From: a virus | Taxonomy: Duplodnaviria; Caudoviricetes | Strand: one strand, 5' to 3' | IMG/VR virus record: IMGVR_UViG_3300008262_000001 | Length of the DNA stretch: 64,000 bases | In this document: piece by piece, positions 57,222 to 64,000 of the stretch | How the letters are laid out: every line of letters starts with the position of its first letter | How positions within the stretch are numbered: position 1 is the stretch's first letter | Position numbers and translations under genes: made by a program | Notes under the pieces: model-generated | Database searches by the model: none | Told to the model about the DNA's origin: nothing | What the model saw: only the letters and a program-made list of their open reading frames with translations

Positions 57222-57224
57222 GGA

Positions 57225-57857
57225 CTATTCCACTGCGACTAAATATCCATAAGGATTGAAAGTGGCACCCTTTCCAAAGAAATCACAAATTCCAATATTG
57301 ATTCTAAATCTGTCTGAATACTGGTCTAGTTCAGCAACAAATTTATTAGGGCCACCTTTTAACGATGGCTGGTTAGAAGCAATCCCGTCCTCGATAATAT
57401 AATAGCCGCCTTTTTTGACCAAGGGATTAAACTTTATAAAAGCATCCCTAACATCATCATAAACATGTGATCCGTCATCGATCACGAGGATATTTTCATA
57501 ACCCTCACATTCACTTAAATCATAACTTTGGTAACCTCCAAAGTAACACTTGATCCTGGGATTCTCCATTACCTGATTGTCATACTCCCTTTCTTTCAAA
57601 TCAATAGTGTGTACCACACCATCTCCTAACTTCTCTAAAATATCAGCAATATAAAGTGCACCACCACCATTGAAAGTTCCTATTTCAATTACTAAATCTG
57701 GATTCAACTCAGTTATAACCATCTGATATAAGACATAATCAAATGGACATTTAACATAGTTAATACCCCGGTAAAAAACTCCGAAATGACCAGTTCTTTT
57801 ACCAGGATCTCCATAAATATCTTTTAGACTAACAACGGGATCAGATTTTTCACTCAT
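57225..57857 (-). CDS. CmcI (cephalosporin hydroxylase-family) SAM methyltransferase
   Basis: KCPFDYVLYQ, PDLVIEIGTFNGG, VIDDGSH, YYIIEDG. Confidence 0.85.
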   Translation of the reverse strand: MSEKSDPVVSLKDIYGDPGKRTGHFGVFYRGINYVKCPFDYVLYQMVITELNPDLVIEIGTFNGGGALYIADILEKLGDGVVHTIDLKEREYDNQVMENPRIKCYFGGYQSYDLSECEGYENILVIDDGSHVYDDVRDAFIKFNPLVKKGGYYIIEDGIASNQPSLKGGPNKFVAELDQYSDRFRINIGICDFFGKGATFNPYGYLVAVE

Positions 57858-57906
57858 AGATAGATGTTTGACATCTTACCCAATAACACAGAAAAATTTC
57901 AAGAAC

Positions 57907-58443
57907 TCAACCACTTATACCTTTAGATCTCATCTTGGAGATAATTCTAGAAAAATCTATTCCAGAGACTTTTAATTCCCCAATGTCCATTAAACTCCAA
58001 ATTGATCTTTTCTCATACGGAGGACTCCAATATGATTGGCCAAAGGACCAATTAAAATAAACAGTATCTAATTCAGGATTTTGAATAATAGTAACACTGG
58101 CAAATGCCAAGGGATGTGTTGAATACCCAAGCATATCAAAAACCTCATTCATCACCTCTTTACCCAAATAACTATGTTCGGTTGTGAAGTGGTCTCCCTC
58201 AATCTTTTCAATGATATCATTAGCAGTTTGCTGACTAATTGGAAAGATATCCCAGCCTGGTGTATAATGAGATTCGTAAATACAAACAATAGCCGAAGGA
58301 ACTGTATCAAATTTATCTACTGTTTCAAAAATAGGAAACTCAAGAGGATGACTTCCAATAACAATCCATGCCTCCTCGCTCAATATAGCAGGATGAGAAC
58401 CATTCTTCGTTACAAAAGATCCAAGATAAACACTATTAGACAT
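57907..58443 (-). CDS. hypothetical protein
   Basis: 178 aa; GATATATA at 58450-58457. Confidence 0.65.
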   Translation of the reverse strand: MSNSVYLGSFVTKNGSHPAILSEEAWIVIGSHPLEFPIFETVDKFDTVPSAIVCIYESHYTPGWDIFPISQQTANDIIEKIEGDHFTTEHSYLGKEVMNEVFDMLGYSTHPLAFASVTIIQNPELDTVYFNWSFGQSYWSPPYEKRSIWSLMDIGELKVSGIDFSRIISKMRSKGISG

Positions 58444-58592
58444 GTCTTTTATATATCGGCAAAAATATCACAAAAACATTTTTTTCTCTTCTGGGTTTTT
58501 TCTACATTTACTTATATATCCAAGACCTCCAAAATGCTCGCGCTTTTTAGGCCCCCTGGGACCTCTTCAGCTTGTAGATTTTTCTAAGTCCC

Positions 58593-59081
58593 CTAGACTA
58601 AACCAGAGACTTCCAACTTTTGCAAAAAAGTCCACACACTCACACGAGAAGGAATAATCCTGGACAACTCCTCAGAAACAAAAAGAGGATCATAACTCTT
58701 AGACCAATCCACAGACTTCACCTCCATAGTCACATAAGCACTCTCCTGACCACAGTACTCTGCATATTGCTCAGACAACTCAGAAAGGACCTCTTCAGAA
58801 CCCAAGTCAGCAAGACTATAAGGTCCATCACCAAAATACTTCAACATAGGAACAATCGAATCATCTATATAGCTATGTAACATTTCATTACGTGTGACAT
58901 CAACCACAACATAAATCTGAGGATGAGTCAAAGAAATAATAGCCATACCAAAAGGGCCATCACTCCAATCAAATAGGAGGTTACCATTGACATCACGCAT
59001 CTCCTCACCAGTCTCATCTCTCTTCGACCTAATAGGAAAATGATGAAACAAACTTATAAGTGCAAAACCCCCTTCCTGCAT
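58593..59081 (-). CDS. hypothetical protein
   Basis: 162 aa; GATATATA at 59098-59105. Confidence 0.65.
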   Translation of the reverse strand: MQEGGFALISLFHHFPIRSKRDETGEEMRDVNGNLLFDWSDGPFGMAIISLTHPQIYVVVDVTRNEMLHSYIDDSIVPMLKYFGDGPYSLADLGSEEVLSELSEQYAEYCGQESAYVTMEVKSVDWSKSYDPLFVSEELSRIIPSRVSVWTFLQKLEVSGLV

Positions 59082-59109
59082 AAATCCTATTTGTTACTAT
59101 ATATCACCC

Positions 59110-59311
59110 GAGGCGCATCCCTAGGAACACCCATTCCACCGCGCACGTAAAAATTTCAAAACAGCACACACCCACTTTTTAGGGCCCAACATCCCCCAAC
59201 ATAGTAAATGTATATAAATACAAACCCGAAAACTCGAGGCGAACCCTAAAAACCCCCATTCCACCCCGCACGTAAAAATTTCAAAAACGGACACACCCAC
59301 TTTTTAGGGCC
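59110..59311 (+). repeat. two imperfect ~77-bp direct repeats (59110-59187, 59236-59311)
   Basis: Both contain GAGGCG...CCCATTCCACC.CGCACGTAAAAATTTCAAAA...CACACCCACTTTTTAGGGCC. Confidence 0.9.
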
Positions 59312-59407
59312 TAGGCCCACCCCTAGATAATACAAATGGGGATATCTCCTACATAGCATAGAAGGCAAAGAGATATAAGGTCTAAAGACTCTCCCAGACA
59401 TACCCTT

Positions 59408-59944
59408 AAGGCGAACCATCTAAGATATACCAAGAAGGAAAGCCTTGAAGTGAAGCTCTAAGACATATAGGGTGTGGAAACTTTGAGGCGAACCTCTAAG
59501 ACATCAGGTATGGAAACTTTGAGGCGAACCCTAGAAAAAGGCCAATTTCTAGGCTCGCTAATTTTTCTAGGGGCCTAGACCTGGGGAAAATCGCCGTATA
59601 GGCCCACCGGCCCCTTGGGTCTGTAAAACTTGTGTTTTTAGGGTTTTTTTAGGGGGATGTGACCACTTTGCATAGGAGGGGGGTAAAAGGGGGTATCCTC
59701 TATAGGGCCATTATTTTGGGTGTTTCTTGCAGGATAAGGGTTTTGTCAGGGATTGTCTTTGGAATTGGGGGTGCCTCAGAAGGGATTCTTTCTATAATCA
59801 GCATGTACAAAAGGCCATAGTGCTGAGACAATGTGAATGGGGTGCCTCAGAAGTAATCCTGTCTCTGGTTTTTCCGCGAATACTCTCGGAATCTGCAGAT
59901 TGCTGGGAAAGCATCTTGACATCTATTTCTTTGTGGGGTGCCTC
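59408..59944. repeat. iteron-like GAGGC-core repeats in opposite orientations
   Basis: (G/A)AGGCGAACC at 59408, 59485, 59521 on +; GGTGCCTC (GAGGCACC on -) at 59770, 59841, 59937. Confidence 0.8.
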
Positions 59945-60117
59945 AGAGAGGCTTATTTTAAGTGCTTTCCTTGGATAATATCCAGATTTGGAGTGACATG
60001 ATATTGTGGGGGTTCCGCAGGTGGACAGATTCTTTTCCAAATCATGTGATTTTTTTGGGTCTTGTCTCTTTTAGGGGAGTTTGGGAATAGATAGTAGTAC
60101 TAAATAAATTTTGATTT

Positions 60118-60378
60118 ATGGAATTATTGCTTAAATGGTTTAACGAGAAGGATAAGCTTCAGCATGTATTGGCTGGTGGGGTGATTTTTGTGCTTTTTTC
60201 TATTGATTTTAAATGGGTGTGGGCTTGGTTAGCGGTGGTTGTTGCTGCTTTGGGAAGGGAATTATGGGGATATTGGTTTAGTAAGAAGCGTATTAGTCTT
60301 GAGGATATAGGAGCGACATTGTTGGGAGGGGGTTTATTTTGTCTACTTCTCTTTGCTCACTACCAGAACAACTTGTAG
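60118..60378 (+). CDS. small membrane protein (VanZ-like KDK..H / E...D pattern)
   Basis: KDKLQHVLAG...GRELW...SLEDIGATLLGG. Confidence 0.65.
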   Translation: MELLLKWFNEKDKLQHVLAGGVIFVLFSIDFKWVWAWLAVVVAALGRELWGYWFSKKRISLEDIGATLLGGGLFCLLLFAHYQNNL

Positions 60379-60677
60379 ATGAACTATTAGAAGGGAAGGT
60401 GCCTTCGAGTCGGATTTAGAAATGGTGTAACTCTTGGGTTTTAAAGAAATCATGTGTAGCATATGCCTAGATGAGGAGCCTCATATTGGATACAGATGTA
60501 TTTCTTTTTTGGACAATCTTTATTATAGAAGGGAAAATCAAGAAATCAAGAGTAGCATATGCTTAGATGAGGTGCCTTCTTCAAGTGTTGAAAGAAACCA
60601 AAAAACCTCAACAAAAGAACTCTCATCTTTTTTACTTTTAACCCTTTGTATCGTGGACATTTTATACTCTTAAAAAT

Positions 60678-60948
60678 TATGATAATAAAAGAAATCAAAG
60701 AAGATGGATTCTCTATTGGTAGAGAAAATGATCCTAGAGCTAAAACTATCATAATCAAGCGTGGTATTAATGCAAAGATTAATAGAGCTTATGATAATCT
60801 ACCCGCACTTATTCAACTCTTGATTCTAATGATACTAGTTGGCTCTCAAATGATTTTTACTCACTATTTTGGAAACATTGGGTATATCTACTGGTCTATA
60901 CCTACACTTATTTTTTCTATATCTAGGTTTATTTACATTATGAAATGA
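60678..60948 (+). CDS. hypothetical membrane protein
   Basis: Two C-terminal TM helices; start MIIKEIKED assumed. Confidence 0.55.
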
Positions 60949-60972
60949 TTGTTTGCCCAGATGAGGTGCCTG

Positions 60973-61299
60973 CTATTGAATAGAAGTGCTTGTGTTTTCT
61001 CCTTTCCACTTTTTTGGGTCTCTTTGAGGAGTTTTGTTGTTCTTGTAACCTTCTGGGTAGTACTTTTCGATTGATTTGTAGTGCTTCCAAGAGTGTCTAA
61101 GCATGAGAATTAGTGGTGTGACCACAAGGAAGGGGATAATTAGAGATATTGGACCGTGTGTGTACCATAGAGTGTAGTGGTCTTCTGATGGGATGAATTC
61201 GTTATGGAGATAGCCTCCGAGTATTAGTAGACACATTCCCATGTGGTATTTGTAATTTTTGAAGATAACTGTGAAGAGGAGATACCAGTCTGTTTTCAT
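60973..61299 (-). CDS. hypothetical membrane protein
   Basis: Two TM helices; AATATATA upstream. Confidence 0.6.
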   Translation of the reverse strand: MKTDWYLLFTVIFKNYKYHMGMCLLILGGYLHNEFIPSEDHYTLWYTHGPISLIIPFLVVTPLILMLRHSWKHYKSIEKYYPEGYKNNKTPQRDPKKWKGENTSTSIQ

Positions 61300-61362
61300 G
61301 ATGATGTTTTTCTTATATATTTAATCTATATTTGTGGAGTTACGGTTTAAATAGTAAAAACT

Positions 61363-61626
61363 ATGAGTGAGCAAAAGATTAAAATTCGTATGATTGAGAC
61401 ATGGACAACTATAGTTGTTAGGGAATGTCTTGAAATTGATGCTAAAGAGTTTTCTGAGCTTGATGGAATGACAGTTGAGGAGATGCAGAATTATATAAAA
61501 TCCAACTGGCATGAGATGGAGAGTGAAAGACATGGGGTTTCTCTTTCCATTTTTGAGATGTGCTGTAATGAGGATGTTGCTAGTGAGAGAATAAAGAATG
61601 AAACTTATGATGTTGAGTTTGAGTAA
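61363..61626 (+). CDS. hypothetical protein
   Basis: 87 aa; TATATTTG (-7 element) at 61327-61334. Confidence 0.65.
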   Translation: MSEQKIKIRMIETWTTIVVRECLEIDAKEFSELDGMTVEEMQNYIKSNWHEMESERHGVSLSIFEMCCNEDVASERIKNETYDVEFE

Positions 61627-61634
61627 AAGATAAT

Positions 61635-61829
61635 ATGGATTATCTCTTTATAGCATTTTTAGTCTTAGTTTTCGTTACTGCCTGGGATGTATTCTCGGGG
61701 GAGAATTCTGGATTTGGACTATTGCTCATATTTTCTATATTTTGGCCAATCACATTATTTTCATCGCTCATGATATGGTTATTAACTATCCCTGATAGAA
61801 ATTGGGAGAAGAAAAATAAGAAATTCTAG
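61635..61829 (+). CDS. small membrane protein
   Basis: 64 aa hydrophobic; IFWPITL motif. Confidence 0.6.
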   Translation: MDYLFIAFLVLVFVTAWDVFSGENSGFGLLLIFSIFWPITLFSSLMIWLLTIPDRNWEKKNKKF

Positions 61830-61891
61830 TAGGGGGTGTGTTCCCTGTTAGATGTGTGTTGTTTTAAATTGTGTTTTTATTGTTTATCACG

Positions 61892-61922
61892 AAAAACCCC
61901 GCTCTTCTGGAACGGGGTTTTT
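61892..61922. terminator. bidirectional terminator
   Basis: AAAAACCCCG...CGGGGTTTTT between convergent genes. Confidence 0.75.
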
Positions 61923-61942
61923 CAATTGTGAGGGGATTGGTG

Positions 61943-62581
61943 TTAGAAGATACTCATTCTTTCAAACATGCGATGCACTTCAAAAGCTTCTTCTCTCTTG
62001 AACCCTTCTGGAATGTAAAGTTCACTCCACATGGCCGGGTGGGTTTGAATGCAATTTCTGAGATTTGTTTCGTAATCAAGAGCATCATCCCAAAGGTTCA
62101 CGGCCTTGATTTTCTCTACTGAGAAGTGAATAGTGCGTTTTAGACACTCTGGTCCAATACCAGAGGTGATACTCTCAGGAACAGTTAAAGGCATACCACA
62201 TTTACAACACTTACCCTCGTGGTAAATAGCAAGAGCTTCGAAACGCTCAAGGGTTTCTAAGTTTCTAAGCAACCAAACCCAAGTCTTGAAACCAATGTAG
62301 TCTTTAGAAAGACCCATTTGCTCCACACGAGAACTAAAAGTTCGGGTTTGTAGATTGAGAAAACCTAGGAGGGTGTAACCATAGTTATTATCACCAAGAG
62401 CTTTACACTCCACCACGTACATGTGAGGAACGGGTTCATTGGCCTTCCTCATTTGCTTCACCTTAAAGGTGATGTAGTTATCAGTGGTCTTGTTCTCAAG
62501 GGTGAAAACTGCACGACCAGCAAAGATGAAGTTACGAAACTGATTTGGCGAAATGGGTTTACGAGAAGCTGAGGATTTCAT
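61943..62581 (-). CDS. DUF6011-like zinc-finger-containing phage protein
   Basis: FIFAGRAVFTL, HEGKCCKCGMPLTVPESITSGIGPEC; ATG 62581 chosen because TATATTTG lies at 62600-62607. Confidence 0.8.
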   Translation of the reverse strand: MKSSASRKPISPNQFRNFIFAGRAVFTLENKTTDNYITFKVKQMRKANEPVPHMYVVECKALGDNNYGYTLLGFLNLQTRTFSSRVEQMGLSKDYIGFKTWVWLLRNLETLERFEALAIYHEGKCCKCGMPLTVPESITSGIGPECLKRTIHFSVEKIKAVNLWDDALDYETNLRNCIQTHPAMWSELYIPEGFKREEAFEVHRMFERMSIF

Positions 62582-62614
62582 GGGAGAAGTATTAGGCTCC
62601 AAATATAGAAAATT

Positions 62615-63061
62615 CTACTTGGAATAAAAAATAGTTGCCCACTTTTTTTTGAGGGATTTGTCCCAGTATTTTTCTATGGCTTTGGAGATGATGCTGATGA
62701 GGATCAAAGAACCGAATATAAGACCCGTAGCGAACATTATTGCTCCTAAGAATGGTAAACTATTGCTTGATTGTACGACCCATTTAAACACAAAGAAAAA
62801 GCATGTTAAGAAGGTGATGCTTTTGAATGTTTCCAGCCAAAAAAGGAATTGGGATTTTTTGAGAGTTAATTTTGGTGGAGTGGAGTTGTGGTTTTCGTAG
62901 GCTTCTATAACTTGTTCTGGATGTGAGAGTTGAATGAGAGCTGGAGGGGGTACTCCAGGAACGACATAGTAGGTCTCAATTTCTTCGATAAGAAGTTCAT
63001 GTTCTTTGTCTTGGAGGGTTCTATTTTTTTCTAATAGCTCTTTGGTTAATGGTCCGATCAT
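62615..63061 (-). CDS. hypothetical membrane protein
   Basis: Two C-terminal TM helices. Confidence 0.6.
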   Translation of the reverse strand: MIGPLTKELLEKNRTLQDKEHELLIEEIETYYVVPGVPPPALIQLSHPEQVIEAYENHNSTPPKLTLKKSQFLFWLETFKSITFLTCFFFVFKWVVQSSNSLPFLGAIMFATGLIFGSLILISIISKAIEKYWDKSLKKKWATIFYSK

Positions 63062-63095
63062 GGCTTAGATGTGTTTAGAGAGGGTTCCCGATTAG

Positions 63096-63686
63096 TTAGT
63101 TGATTTGATTCTTTTTCCAAATCATAGCTTCTTTGAAAGCACTTCTTGATAATGGAATATAAACGTCTTTTTCACCAAGTTGTACAAGAGATTCGTTGGG
63201 GGTTTGGCGAAAAGAGAAGTTGGCTAATTCTCCAGTTTTTGCACAAATTGCATGAACCTTTGTGACATGTTCTGCTATTGCTAACAAGTGTGGAATTGGT
63301 CCAAATGGTTTGCCTTGAAAATCCATATCAAGTCCAGCTACGATAACCCTAATGCCTCTATTCGCTAAGGTGTTACACACGTTGGGTAATTCTTCGTCGA
63401 AAAATTGTGCTTCATCAATAGCAACACAAGTTGCATTTCCACATGCTATTAAGATTTCGGAGGAGTGTTCTACGACAGTGCTAGACATACTGTTTTTGTC
63501 ATGACTCACAACATCACTATTGTGATATCTTGTATCGATAGATGGTTTGAAACATTTGACTTCTTGTTTTGCAAATTGTACTCTACGAATTCTTCGAATT
63601 AGTTCTTCAGTTTTTCCAGAAAACATAGAACCACATATAACTTCGATAGATCCTTGAAGATTGGATGGAGTAGATTCTAAAAACAT
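63096..63686 (-). CDS. tdk: thymidine kinase
   Basis: [36 protein letters not shown], terminal Zn-binding/lasso region. Confidence 0.96.
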   Translation of the reverse strand: MFLESTPSNLQGSIEVICGSMFSGKTEELIRRIRRVQFAKQEVKCFKPSIDTRYHNSDVVSHDKNSMSSTVVEHSSEILIACGNATCVAIDEAQFFDEELPNVCNTLANRGIRVIVAGLDMDFQGKPFGPIPHLLAIAEHVTKVHAICAKTGELANFSFRQTPNESLVQLGEKDVYIPLSRSAFKEAMIWKKNQIN

Positions 63687-63717
63687 TTGTGAGCTTATTT
63701 TGGATGGGGAACCTTAA

Positions 63718-63939
63718 CTAGACATCCATTGATTTCTTTTCTTCGTTTTCATATTCTTCTTTCATGAGAATTTCATAAGCTTCAGTGAAAGTTTTTCCTC
63801 TCAGGCACATTTCCCATAATTTAAGATATGAGTTCTTTTCTCTTTCTGATAGAGTTTGTAAATTTTCATAAATCCACATACCCGTTTCTCTTTCTGTGTT
63901 TCTTTGAGCAACTCTAATAAGTTGTTGTATTGGTGTCAT
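63718..63939 (-). CDS. hypothetical protein
   Basis: 73 aa. Confidence 0.6.
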   Translation of the reverse strand: MTPIQQLIRVAQRNTERETGMWIYENLQTLSEREKNSYLKLWEMCLRGKTFTEAYEILMKEEYENEEKKSMDV

Positions 63940-64000
63940 GCTATTAGTTATTGAGGATCCCCAGATTATTTTTTAGTAGCACCAGAATTTTTTGTTTCAG

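Noticed and set aside
59110-59944. CRISPR array
   Set aside because: Repeats are imperfect, of mixed length and orientation, with irregular spacing and no cas genes.
59727-60040. ORFs 59727-59978 (+) and 59798-60040 (-)
   Set aside because: They arise from the skewed repeat region, and their peptide repeats mirror the DNA repeats.
1-64000. Bacterial chromosome interpretation (two-component genes, T9SS cargo, smpB, ferritin, cyclophilin)
   Set aside because: No housekeeping operons; host-like genes are isolated among orphan ORFs, lysins, Dda-like helicase and T4-like promoter/leader motifs. A phage is more parsimonious, though no capsid or terminase gene is in this window.
1-64000. Stop-codon reassignment as in some large phages
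   Set aside because: Genes are full length and tightly packed under code 11; TAG and TGA both end recognisable proteins (e.g. Dda-like TAG, sensor GAF-PAS neighbours TGA).

Overview
AT-rich, densely coding 64 kb window best read as part of a large (jumbo/mega) tailed dsDNA phage infecting a Bacteroidota host. This is inferred from many short orphan ORFs, two GH19 lysins, holin-like genes, Dda-like helicase, thymidine kinase, a phage sigma-70, SmpB, T9SS sorting domains, Bacteroidota TAnnTTTG promoters and a recurrent GATATATA/GATAAATA motif resembling the T4 late promoter. Highlights: (1) a translationally coupled five-gene signalling operon (two paralogous histidine kinases, a stand-alone receiver, two coiled-coil membrane/secreted proteins) under the late-promoter motif, directly upstream of a lipoprotein and the endolysin; (2) two tRNA-shaped RNAs with expanded arms inside a ~0.9 kb structured non-coding region, possibly GOLLD-like; (3) several cargo proteins for the host type IX secretion system; (4) eight proteins sharing an N-terminal leader resembling the T4 capsid-targeting sequence; (5) an iteron-rich strand-skew switch near 59.5 kb, a candidate origin. 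Family assignments come from motif recognition by eye; no database searches were run.
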